From the human T2T-CHM13v2.0 reference genome, Homo sapiens, in assembly GCF_009914755.1 (NCBI RefSeq), contig NC_060927.1: a stretch of 64,000 nt of DNA; one strand, written 5' to 3'. Position 1 is the stretch's first letter; every line of letters starts with the position of its first letter. The notes beneath the pieces were generated by a model. The model was not told the origin of the DNA. It saw nothing but the letters and a program-made list of their open reading frames with translations, and did not search any database. Made by a program: the position numbers and the translations under genes. Below are positions 1 to 12,670 of the stretch, piece after piece.

Positions 1-752
1 AAACCCCATTCAATGGTAAGCCTGTACAAAGATTCTGGGAAGGACTATGTCATAGTCCCTAAGCCTGTGACCACTGAAAACAGTGCCATTGAAGTGCTAG
101 GGGTTTCACTAAGTGTAAGACCATCACTGTTGGTTTAGCACCAAGATGGAATTCTGTATCTATCAAATCTAGCACTGCACCCAAAGCATCTTTCACTGTG
201 CCGAAAGCCCATAGTCACTGAGGCCAGTGCAGCACTCTGCTGAAGTCCACAGCTGCTGAGACCTGCCTATTGCTGTGGGTTATTAGAAGCCCAAGGCCAC
301 TGTAGTCAGCTGACAGTGATATCCACAGGAACCTATCTATTTCACCGGGACTATGGCTCCCTACCTAATGTGAAAGCAGGCCTTGTGGCTCAGTCCATGC
401 TACCAGCCTGCATTCGGGGTCATGCAGTTCTCCCTAGTGCTGGGTTCTACTATGGTGGACCTGGTGTTGTAGACCGACATGGAGCCTTAGGTTCACTTTC
501 CTCTTTTTCTCCCAAGTGAATAGCATCTGTTTCCTTGTGCTGCAGTGAGAAAGAGGTGATGCAATTAATGTAAAATTATCCCTCCTGCCATCTTCAATGT
601 GACTTTTCTTATTTTCATGCTATAACCAAGTACTCTGATTTATCATCTGGCTTCCTTAGCTCTTATGATATTTTGGGACACAGATAGTTGTTCAAATTGA
701 TATTTCTGTGAGGGAATAATTGATGGGGAGTTATATTCCACCATGTTATCTT
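1..752 (-). mobile_element. Old L1 5' end/5'UTR fragment (L1M/L1PB-type)
   Basis: Resembles antisense old L1 5' UTR consensus, e.g. GATAGTTGTTCAAATTGATATTTCTGTGAGGGAATAATTGATGGGGAG...CCACCATGTTATCTT; runs off window start. Confidence 0.6.
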
Positions 753-2139
753 CAACAACAACAACAACAAAAAGTCTACAAGATTTTTCTTTATTTCAGG
801 AAATGGAAGTTGTATCTCAAAAAAACTTTGGCATCAAATTCTTAAGAAATTCTTGAGTTTTTTGTAAAGTTGATACTCTGATTATGTATGCATTTAGAGT
901 GGGGCTACAGTAAAGCAATATAATCTATTATGAAAATAAAATTAAAAATGTTCAAAATATTTAAGGACGTGAGATTATTTAGGATCTGTTCATGAAAATT
1001 TCATTTGAAATTTGGAGACAAAGTTTAACTAGTAGTTTTAAGGATTAAGGAAGGTAAAGGCAACTAATTTGTTGTAAGAGTTAAGTAACTTTATCATTAA
1101 GAGTTTTTACCTTTTGACTTGTCTTTAGCAAAACCTGACTTCCTTTAGACAGGAGTGTTGTTACCACAGTTCAAACTCTCTTTGCCTTGGTGACTGCTGC
1201 TATTCTGAGAAATGAGAATGGCACTAGTAAGACCAAAAGGTCATGATCAAACCTTAAATGAACTTAAGAATTATGATCCAAATTGGGTTTGCTAATTAAT
1301 TAGAGAACTAATACATTATAACATTGATATTTGTCATCTTTCTATCATTAACCTTTATGCTCCAGCTAGATGTCAGTAAGAGAAGACATTAATGTCAGAT
1401 TCACCAACATTTAGAGACAGATTCATATTCTTTATTGTGCTAATTTCCTTTTTAAATAGAAAGTAAGGAGCAGTAAGAAACCTTGTTTCACAACTCTTCT
1501 TCCTTGAGCAAGAGCACATAACCAAGTGACAAAATAGTGGAAGCCGTGGACAACTGGGAAAATATCTCTTCTATTTCCACAGTTGCTTCCATGGACATAT
1601 TTGTCAGAGTTTCTATGCCATTTTTCTTTGCCCACACAAATGTTGGGAGTGGTCATTAAAGAGCCCTACAAGCGTTACATGGTAACAATGTCCGACACTC
1701 AAATTGCTGACAATGTAGCAACGCATTAATGTTGAAATGTTTGGTGATTGGAAAGAAATCCATTTGCACCTATTCTCACAGATATTAAGAATTTTAAATT
1801 TTCTTCAGAGTTCTTCTCTTCTATAAAGAATTATACTAGCACATAAAGGAACTATTTACTGAAATATGTAGTTTTGTCATTTACAAAGTGAGTTACATTA
1901 AAAATACATTGAAGTGAAGAATCTTTTACTTATTCCTCGCTGGATACAACTCTCAGGTAATCTGTTTAGTTACAGTACCTCCTTTTATTTGATATTGTTT
2001 ATTTATTTGATCACATTCCATTTACCATTTCTGCAAAAATCTAATGTTAATGTGAATTAAATTCCCTTTATATTTCAAAGAGATTTGCCTTCAATGATCT
2101 TCAATGATGTATGTTGAAACTAGCATCTGATGAGTTAGA

Positions 2140-3180
2140 AATAGAAGAATATTATGAACTATATATTACTAACATATTATTACAGTAATAAATATACTGA
2201 AATATTAATATATAATCTATTAAATATGTATACATTTATATATTTAAATAATATACTCTGCAATTTATATACACTATCACTCATTTTATATATAATAAAA
2301 TTTTATATAATGTAAAAATATGTAAAATGTATTATATTGTATATCATTTTATGATATATAAAATACATAAAACTATATAAAAGAAAAATCACTCATTTAA
2401 TATATAATAAAATTTTATATAATATATAAAATATATTCGTATTTATATATTTTATATAATATATAAAATATATTCGTATTTATATATTTTATATAATATA
2501 TAAAATATATTCGTATTTATATATTTTATATAATATATAAAATATATTCGTATTTATATATTTTATATAATATATAAAATATATTCGTATTTATATATTT
2601 TATATAATATATAAAATATATTCGTATTTATATATTTTATATAATATATAAAATATATTCGTATTTATATATTTTATATAATATATAAAATATATTCGTA
2701 TTTATATATTTTATATAATATATAAAATATATTCGTATTTATATATTTTATATAACATAAATTTATAAAATATATTTTGTATAAATATATAAATATAATA
2801 TTGATATTTATTCATATATTTATATGTAACAATTATATAGTATAATATATGACACATAACATATTATATATAACATAATGTCATATTATACATAACATAA
2901 TATATAATATATTATGCTAATAATATTAATAATGATATACTAATTATAATATCAATATGATGTATCATTAATATTAAACACATCAATTAATATTAATTAA
3001 TACTAATTTTAATGTAATATATAATATCAATATTAGTATGATATTAAGTATTATATAAAATAATATTTAAATTATATACAATTCCATATTTTAGTATATA
3101 TTAGTATATATACTAATGTGTACATATACATAAATATATATATAAACGAGTGATACTCTTTTGTATATATAAATATTTTC
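2140..3180. repeat. AT-rich low-complexity domain (~1 kb, about 90% AT)
   Basis: Direct reading: TA/AAT/ATT runs surrounding a minisatellite. Confidence 0.9.
2412..2755. repeat. Minisatellite, 9 perfect copies of 37-bp unit AATATATAAAATATATTCGTATTTATATATTTTATAT
   Basis: The single C of each unit recurs at 2438, 2475, 2512, 2549, 2586, 2623, 2660, 2697, 2734 (period 37). Confidence 0.95.
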
Positions 3181-4132
3181 CATTGTTTTGGGTATTACTA
3201 TTGATACATTTTATCCCTTACTAATTCAGTCTTGCATTCTGATACAGTCACATTTTTATCTAGCAATAAAGATAATTATATTTGGTAAAGTTTATCTTTT
3301 ATTATAAAGACTATGCCTATGGTATCTTAAACTGGGTTTTTAAAATATGTAATGTATAATGCAAATGGAATGCTTAAATTAGTCTTTTGTCAGGTGCTCA
3401 GTAGAAATAGGTTGAGATGGTGAGTTGACACAATAAATACTCTGTATTACCGCTCTTTGATATACCACTTTAGGTTTATCTGTTTGGGAATCATTTACAG
3501 AGTGATCGTCCATTTGATGTTGTAACAGTCAATTTCCCCTTATAATAAATACTTATCTGATGTTTAGCTATTGTTATTCACCATAAGGTTACTTAGCACC
3601 TGAAATAAGTCATGTGGCCTTGCCAGATTTAACTAAACTCTTTATTAATTTAGATGCAATTAAAGATTAGAATCACTTTTACAGGAAAGTAATTTAATTC
3701 CACACTACCTAGGTAACTAGAGGAGCTCTTTGATTTTGGAATCCAAGAAAATTCTTTAAACAATTTGACTAAGAACTGCAAACCAGCAGGTATGTGACTA
3801 ATCAGATTCTTATCTTTTATCTTCTAATATGACAAGAACTGAACCAGAAGCTTCTTCTTTTGCTCTAATAAGGAAAATAAAAACAAAACTATTCATGATA
3901 TTTTGTAAAGCTTCCCTATGTTTTTCTGATTATTTATAAATTTGATATTCATATTCACCAGAAGGTGTTAATGCAATTATACATAAATAGAAAGACACGG
4001 ATGAGCTGCTGAATACTAATGCTTCACACGCGTATGGGTATTCAGGTAGGTAGGGTATGGAAATATACACTATTCTGGTTTGAATAATCAAAGTAGTATT
4101 TCTGCTTATTTATTTCTCCTAAGTATTCTTAA

Positions 4133-4205
4133 GTGTGTGTGGGTGCATGTATATATATACATATAATATATATATATGTGTGTGTGTGTGTAACTACATA
4201 TATAT
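4133..4205. repeat. Compound (TG)n/(TA)n microsatellite
   Basis: Direct reading. Confidence 0.8.
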
Positions 4206-4678
4206 TCATTTTGAATGAATATGTACAGAGAGAGAAATTGAAATTTTTATAGGTGGTATAAAAATTGATGCTCTGTGTTAAAATGTTTTCTTATGTTTCC
4301 ACATCCTTGTCATGCAGTCCTATGGTTTTGGAGGGTAGTTCTATGACATTATCAAAATGATGGCAATCTCCTTCACCCATATTTTGTCCTACAATTATCT
4401 GATAGTATAAGCTATGTTGCTTTGACGCATAATTTTCCTGTTAAGATGAAATATTATGCTCAATTCAGTATGTTCTGAGGTGATAAAGGGGGATTTTTAA
4501 AGCCTCCTATCATCCCATTTTCTGAAACATGGAATGCTAGGGCATCTGAAAATCTCCCTTTTCCCCCTTAATATTAAAAGTAAGTCCCAGATGATGCACG
4601 TATCACTGAAACATTTTTAGATATCATGTTAATTTTTATCCTTCCTATTATTTCAGGCCCAAAATTTTCCCAGAAATA

Positions 4679-4681
<3 letters not shown>

Positions 4682-4729
<48 letters not shown>
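4682..4729. repeat. Poly(T) homopolymer, 48 nt
   Basis: Direct reading; no adjacent Alu/L1 body. Confidence 0.95.
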
Positions 4730-4732
<3 letters not shown>

Positions 4733-5039
4733 GTAGGGAGAAAGCTCCACCTTTTAAAGTCTTCAGTAAGTCTTGATTCTGTGATAATAATTAAAGATAT
4801 GTGATGATGCTTAGTTAGTTGAACTTGGTAAGTTTATTGTATCTTTTCCATAAGTCTTCTAAGCTCCTCTCAAACAATTTTAAGAGGCACAATGAGTCTA
4901 TAACAGATTATTTTCCCTTCTATTTCTCATATAAACATGCAAACAGGCCTCTCCATATAAAGGGAGTATGTGCATACATATCAGGTGATTTTAACGTACA
5001 ATACTTTCGGGTATGAAGGAAAAGCTTATATAGAAGGGT

Positions 5040-5494
5040 ATTGAGGATGGACTACAGCCAATAGCCAGTAAGATATTGAGGCCCTCAGTCCAAAATTCCA
5101 CAAAAAATTAAGTGCTGCCCATAACCACATCAGCTTGAAAGCAGATCCTTTCCAAGTGGAGACTCAGTGGTACCAAAGCCTAGTGCAGAAACCTGACTGC
5201 AGCCTTATAAGAACTTGCATGCAGAGGACCCAGTTATGCTATACTCTGGCACTTGCCTCACATAAATCATGTCATCCTCAATTGTTTTCTCTCAGAACCA
5301 GTTGGCTTTCTGACCCTGCCTCCCCACTCTCACTCCTAGGATCATTACACCCATCAATTCCTGTAGCAAGAAATATCTGGGGGAAATTGTTTCCTTTTTT
5401 TTCTATTTTTACATGAACTATGAAATAATATATATATATGTAATTAGTCACTAATTTCGTGGTAATATTGTTATGTAGCAATAGAAAATGAATA
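5040..5494 (+). mobile_element. MLT1-family MaLR LTR 3' part, interrupted at ~5266-5416
   Basis: GAGGCCCTCAGTCC, CTGACTGCAGCCTT, GCAGAGGACCCAG and MLT1 terminus GTGGTAATATTGTTATGTAGCAATAGAAAATGAATAC. Confidence 0.7.
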
Positions 5495-6043
5495 CCCCCT
5501 GTCCTCCTATGGACATTTTCCCTCTCATAGTCTATTCTCCATAGAGCAGGTAAGTGATTTTTTTTAACTAAGTTATTACCAAACAACCTTAATTGTTTAT
5601 ATTTATTTATTTATTAACTGAAAAATGTTTAACTCCTCTTTTTTGTACTATACTGTACTTTAAGACTGAAGGTATAAATATAAGCAGCTATGTACTTATC
5701 TGTACTTGTATTTCCATTTACTTATCCCCATTCAGTTTTCAATGCAATGAAATTTATTACTCTACTCAATTGTCTTGTCACATTTGAGTTTCTAAAATCT
5801 GTTAAAACTAGCTTTTTCATTTAAGTCATTAGTGTTCTTCCAAGTTGTCTTTTCACTTCAAACATCATCCTACCTGTTTTTAAGAATTAAAGTTTTTGCC
5901 TATATTCTTGAACTAATCTCTTTCTTTGATTACTACAGCATGTTATCTTATTTTTTTTTTCATTCTCTGGCTTTTTGTTCTTAGCTTTTTATTAAAAGGA
6001 ACCAGTTTCACTTCCAAATTAACTTATTGATCTATTAATGCAG

Positions 6044-6442
6044 GAATCCATGAATAAATTAATCCATTTATGAGGGCAGACCCCTCATGATCAAATCACT
6101 TTTTAAAGACCATGTTGGGGATTACATTACCAATGGATATGAGGGTGGTCTGGCTATGACATCGTCACCTGATCAATCATCATGATTGAATTGGCCAATG
6201 TGGCTGGCTAGGCAGGTGTCCCTTCCCTCACTCACTGCTCCATGTTCATTCCTCCAGAAGCTGTGCGCTCAGTTAAAGAGGATGACCTTCCCTGATAGAA
6301 GATGACCTTCCTTGATAGAGGAGGACCTTCTTTGGTCGAGGGTATATAAACAGCTGTACTCCCCTGCTACAACCTCCAAGCAAACTCTCAAGGTCCATAA
6401 GTTTCCAACACATGAAATCTGGGGATATTAAAACCACAGCAT
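6044..6442 (-). mobile_element. MST/MLT1A-type MaLR LTR fragment interrupted by the 7SK copy
   Basis: TAATCCATTTATGAGGGCAGACCCCTCATGA...GGGGATTA | AGTTTCCAACACATGAA...AAACCACAGCA. Confidence 0.65.
6135..6398 (+). pseudogene. RN7SKP: 7SK snRNA retropseudogene, 5'-complete, 3'-truncated
   Basis: Colinear with 7SK from GGAT(G)TGAGGG through TGGCTGGCTAGGC, GAAGCTG(C)GCGCTC, GATAGAGGAGGACC, CTCCCCTGCTA to CTCTCAAGGTCCAT; lacks the last ~90 nt; pseudogene number unknown. Confidence 0.93.
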
Positions 6443-7189
6443 CCACCAACTATCCAAGCTGTCCAAGTCAGATCCTTCTGTGTCATCTCCAATTATTTTC
6501 TCTCAGAACTACTTGGCTCTCTGACCTTGCCTCTCCACCATCACCCCCAGGATCATTACACCTGTCAATTCTTATAGTAAGAAACATCTGGGAAATTTGT
6601 TTCCTTTATATTCTTATTTCCATTGGTGAGTTTTGGCCTAAGTCATTTCAGTGGATTTTAAAATATTTTCTCTCTCTGTAGTTTGCTTCCTTCCTCCTTG
6701 CTTCCTACTCATTTTCTACACTATTGTCAGATTGATGTTGCAAACATGTAAACCAGTCTAATCATCTCTCGTTACTCATATGCAAATTATTATAGTGTTC
6801 AAATGTCTTAATGTTGCTATGTAAGATGATTTATAAACATAATTACTCCTGGCTCTTTCTCTTGTTATTCTTCCGTTTATATGTCCTAAGTTACCCAGTA
6901 TCCTCTTCCTCACCTCAGTGCTTTGCATATACCCTTTTCTTACTCGCAGACATTCTACCTTGTCTCTTGACTCATTCTTACTGTCTTGGAGGAGGAGAAA
7001 AACAACAGTTTCCTTCCTTATAGACTCCTGAGATATTTCCTTCTATCCCTTGTTTCCTTGTTGAGTCAAATTTTCTCATTATGCTTTCAAAGTATACTGT
7101 TTACATATTAATTGCAGCACTCAATGTACTTTATTTTAGATGTTTGCTTAGTTTTTACCTCTTTTGATTAAGATAACTAAGATAATTAT

Positions 7190-7546
<357 letters not shown>

Positions 7547-7580
7547 TAAACATTTTCTAGCTTTAAGTCATAACACGTGA

Positions 7581-7967
<387 letters not shown>

Positions 7968-9154
7968 TAGCAAGGATAAAATGATGTGGGAAACAGGGCA
8001 AAAGAGTTTGAATGAAGGAGAAAGGGTCTTGAACGTGGAAAGGTAGGCCAGAATGGTAGAACAGTACAGCATTGAAGGGTACTGGTACAATAGACTGGAT
8101 AAGGGAGAAAGGATATGGAAGAATAGGAAGAGAATCACACAGAGAAGGATGGAGTGGTGCTAATGAAACACTCAATGGGCTTTTTCTACTTCACAAACCC
8201 TCAGGTCCAACTGAATGGTCATCTTCACTTGAATGGTAAAAGTCACAGTCAGTATCAGTGATTTACTACTCACTTACTTTTCTACTTCATTGCCAACCAC
8301 TGAGTTATGATTTATCAAAAGTAAACTGTAGATAAAGGCAAAGGCATTCCTTTTAAAACCGTATGACTTTAAGAATGGAAGGACTGATACATCAATTGAT
8401 GGATCTTTGGCTATAACACAGTTCTCAAGCTACAGATGCCAATGTGAAGCGACAGATGGCACGCTGAAACTCTGTTAGCTGTGCATCCTGAGTCACAGGA
8501 AGAGCAGAGGGGTCAAGGCTCAGCAGGTGATGAAGTACTGCACTGAAGTGCTCGTCTCTGCTTGCTGTTCATGAGCAGTGCATGCCTTATTGATTATTAC
8601 AGTGTCTATATTAGGTATTTGTCATACACTTTTTTATTTACCCATTGGATATCAGAGTTGGAAGGAACTCTTACAGATTTTTCTTCAGATAGTTTGTTTT
8701 AAGATGCAGAAACTCAGAAAGTTACATTTATTATCCAATAGCAATGCCAAATGAGGACCAGGACAAGGAGAAGAACAGTTGGAACATGGTCTTCAATGTC
8801 ATGGTAGCTGTGTTGTTTTCGCTTTCATTTTAATTCATAACACTTCGCCACTTAGTTTTATGTCCCACCAACCATTGGACCATTCATGTCACATTGCTCA
8901 TAATAACTATTCTGATCCTTTGATTTTTTTTTTTTGGCAACGCTTCTGAAAACAGGACCTTGATAATAAGAACTCTGTAAAGTTTTTCAGAAGAAAAATT
9001 TTATTTAATATAAAAGAAAAATTCAAATATCCCCACTATCTAATAATAACGCAATGGACTGCTTCATAGACTTAAGGGATCTCAATCACTAGAAGTGTTC
9101 AAAAGCTGACCACCTTTCAGAGAAAATCATAAGGAAAACTTCTGCATTGGCTAG

Positions 9155-9606
9155 TAGTATAGCTTGGATATTTGTCCGCACCCAAATCTCATGTTGAAAC
9201 GTAATCCCCACAGTTATTGGTGGGGCTTCGTGGGAGGTGTTTGGATCATTGGACTAGATCCCTCATGAATGGCTTAGTGTTATCCCTGTGGTGGTAATAA
9301 GTGAGTTCTTGCTGTGAGTTCACATAAGATCTGGTCATTTAAAAATGTGTGGCACCTTCCACCCCACCCCCACCACCTCATGCTGTCTCTCTCTGGCCAT
9401 GTGATGTGCCTGCTGCCTGTCCCCTGCCCCTGCTTTGCCTTCCTCCATAAGTAAAAGCTCCCTGAGGCCTCCTCAGAAGTCAGGTAGACACTAGTGCCCT
9501 GCTTCCTGTACAGCTTGTCGAACTATGAGCCAGTTAAACCTCTTTTCTTCATAAATTACTGAGCCTCCGGTATTTCTTTATAGCAATGCAAGAATAGCCT
9601 AACACA
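9155..9606 (+). mobile_element. MSTB-like MaLR solo LTR
   Basis: CCCAAATCTCATGTTGAAACGTAATCCCC...TTTCTTTATAGCAATGCAAGAATAGCCTAACACA. Confidence 0.85.
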
Positions 9607-10364
9607 GTAGGAAAATTTAACTTGCTGTGTATTTTATTACTGTTTATTCCATGGAGACAAATTATTCTCATCCAAGTCTTAAAATGAGTTACTAGCTTAA
9701 GGCTAATAATTCAAACATGAAGGAGAAGGGGTAAGCAAGAGGTCCCTACTTAGATGTGGCAAGGAATGGCTATTTTTTTAATCTTCAAAGAATAATCCTA
9801 ACCATGAGTTGCCCATCATGTTACATATTCATTATTTCAAAGACTGGGGCAAGTTACATGTTTAAATTAAGAATTTTGGTTGGATATAGAAGGAACTAAC
9901 TTGAAATATCTTAAGCAGAAAGCATAAATGTATTATGAAACAGAGACACATCATGGAAGCCTAGGACAGAAAATCACCTGGGTCTTTCAATAGCAATGTA
10001 ACTGAAAAGTTAAAAATTGCTGCTGTCTTTCATCTTTATTTGCCCTCATGTACCTGTTTCACTCTTCTCTACACACTGACTTTCTCTGCTTCTTTAATCC
10101 ACATAAGAAATAACTAGAAGCCACATACTACACTGTTCCCAGTGCTTTATTTACTTTTTTAAAAAATATATAATCCTTAAATCACTTTTTGGGGGAAAAA
10201 ACTCTGACTGCATCTCTTAGGTCCAGTCCAATAAACTAAGATCATAAAGGGGTCAGGTGCAACAGTATTTGAGGACTTAGAGCTATAACTGAAGTCAGGG
10301 GATGGGCTGATAAGTGGTTTATTAGGATGTTGGTGGACACGACAAACAAATACCAATTACACCA

Positions 10365-10517
10365 AAGCATAGTTCTTTACCCAAGTATGTGTGCCCACAC
10401 CCTACTCCAGACATTAAACCCGAATCTCTAATGTATTATCTCAGAATTGAGATTTTGAAGAAATAACTTTCCCAGGTGATTATGATGAACACCTTTACCC
10501 TTATTGAAAATCATTGA
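10365..10517. mobile_element. MER5-like hAT transposon relic
   Basis: GAATCTCT...TTCCCAGGTGATTATGATGAACAC...TTGAAAATCATTG. Confidence 0.5.
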
Positions 10518-12439
10518 TAAAATATACTTATAAGTTAGTAAAATAGAATAGAACTAGTTCTGCTTCTCATCTCAAGTACTTTGGATATCTCATGTGAAAT
10601 GAGCCATGTCTGTCAGGTGCACACTGGTACAAAATCTTTGAATCTGGAACGATCATTTATCTGTTATTTACTTTGTGAAGCTCATGAATCTCAGACTTGT
10701 GTTTATGTTTGGACACCGATAAGATAGAATGGATTGAGGGATTACAATACTGTACTTGTATCCACAAAAGAGTATGTTATGAGTTAATAAAAGATAAAAA
10801 TGGTCTTCTGTTTACCACTGAGATGTAGAAGGTAAAATATCCTGTTCCCCAGTATGGGTTTCCTTGACACTTTGCTTATCTTCTTTGCTATTCTAGTTTT
10901 ATTGTATTCCCTGATACAACTGGGCAGATGTTCCATGGTACGGAAACGGTCTGTCTGGTTTCAGGAGACGTTTCTGAACAGCAATGAACAGTTTTACTTC
11001 ACTTTATTCAAAATGTTCTTGTTTTTTCTTGAGTCTCACAGCTTTTGGTTGCAAAAGTTTTCTAGCCACTCAGAGACAACTAACTGCAGTCTACGTACAT
11101 GTCTTGATATCCCCCATTATACCTGCATTCTCTGAACATGATGCCATCTGAATAAAACCAAAGCATTAACACAATCTAAAATATATTAATTGTTCCTGAT
11201 AATTATGACAGAATATTTTGCCCTGTATGTAGAAAAAATGTTTTTTGTCAGAAATGGCATTTTCACTCTTTTTGCTAGAGGGGATTTAAAAGTTTTTCCA
11301 CTTTAAAAAAGCATATTTTAACAATGAGAATATTCTTTGAAGGTTAGAAACGACATTAAGCTTTCAAGAGTTGGTATAGATCTATGCAAGGTCACTACTA
11401 ATTTGCTGAGAGTGGCAAACATTTAAAACATCATACATGAATATAAACCAAGATCTTTACATAATATATTTAGCAAAAGGATGGGAACAGTTATTTCACA
11501 ATCTATCCCAAAATATAACACAGGGATCAAGTCTTACTCATTTTTATGTTTACAGTCTTAGCATGGTGCCTTGTATATAATGTTTCTTTTGCGTTTGAAT
11601 AGATTATTTAGCATGCCATTTCATTTTTTAAACGGATAGGCATACAAATTTATCTTAATGATTCAGAATTGACCTTGATGCTTTCTAATGCTGTGGTGCT
11701 GTTAGCAAAGGTAGGGATTCATGCTGTTATTTGCTTTATAAATGAGAAATTAAAACCCAGAAAGCAGTGTGGAAAAATTTCTCAGGTTTATAATCATTAT
11801 ACCTTTTTTAAAGCTTAATTGCAGAAATAAAAATGAGCATTTCTTATGAGTCAATAAAGTCCCTATAATTTGGGGTTGAACGCTATGACTGCTACCTAAA
11901 ATTCAGGATGGTAGTAATTTAGAGGGCACGTGTTGGTGGTAGGGAGGAGAACAGGGAAGGCAATGGCACCTGTGAGAAATGTCCAGGGCCTCCATTGAAT
12001 ATGTAACACTTTATCGATTAAGCTTAGTTGCTCGGTAAAGAGCATTTATTTTATGACTACTCTTCTTTTATATGCCTAAAATATTTCACAATTTAAAAAA
12101 TCATTTTGAATTGATCCTGTACTAAGTCAAATATAAGACTTTTGTGGTTTGGAGTTGAGGTCATTTAAAGAGACTGAAGCAACATTAACAATGATAACTG
12201 AAGACGGGCCGAAAACCTTACTTACATTTCTATTTCCCATAATAAACCATTCGGAAAAAATATGGAACCTATTTAGCTATATTTTTAAAGGAAATTCCAC
12301 AAGTAATTTTTAAGGAATTTCTAAACACTCTTCTTTTAAATGACAGTTGTATGCATTCTAAATAAATTAAGGTAGCAAAATATAATCCTCACTAATTCTT
12401 CTTGGTTTATATTTATTTCTAAGTAAAAGAGAATGAAAA

Positions 12440-12670
12440 TGATAATAGCTGCCATTTATTAAGGTCCTATTATGAACCAGGCCCAGTTCTTATTAATCAT
12501 TTATCCTTACAATAACCCTGTGAGTTAGAAGTTATTAACCTAGCTTTGCAGAAGAAAAACACTTACACAGAGAATGATTAATTTTTTTTTCAGATTTATT
12601 CAGGTAATAGTTGGTGTAAGTGCAGGCCTAATGTTCAAATAAAAGTCTGTCAGTTTACAAAGTTTGTTCT
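12440..12670 (-). mobile_element. MIR
   Basis: ATAATAGCTGCCATTTATT...CCTTACAATAACCCTGTGAG...TTTGCAGAAGAAAAAAC. Confidence 0.65.

Larger units (their letters stand above)
5270..6625 (+). repeat. Dispersed direct repeat pair: 5270-~5415 and 6481-~6625
   Basis: Manual alignment, ~19 mismatches in the first ~112 bp (~83%); shared TTTTCTCTCAGAAC, AGGATCATTACACC, ATCTGGG. Confidence 0.9.

Noticed and set aside
316-519. 67-aa ORF in GC-richer sequence
   Set aside because: Lies in an old L1 5' end relic; no recognisable protein
2412-2755. 37-bp palindromic repeats resembling a CRISPR array
   Set aside because: Units are contiguous with no spacers, there are no cas genes, and the context is primate DNA; it is a minisatellite
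5135-6681. Two ORFs sharing QLFSLRT.WLSD.ASP peptide similarity (paralogous exons?)
   Set aside because: Explained by the DNA duplication; the ORFs start in unrelated LTR relics and there is no consistent splice context
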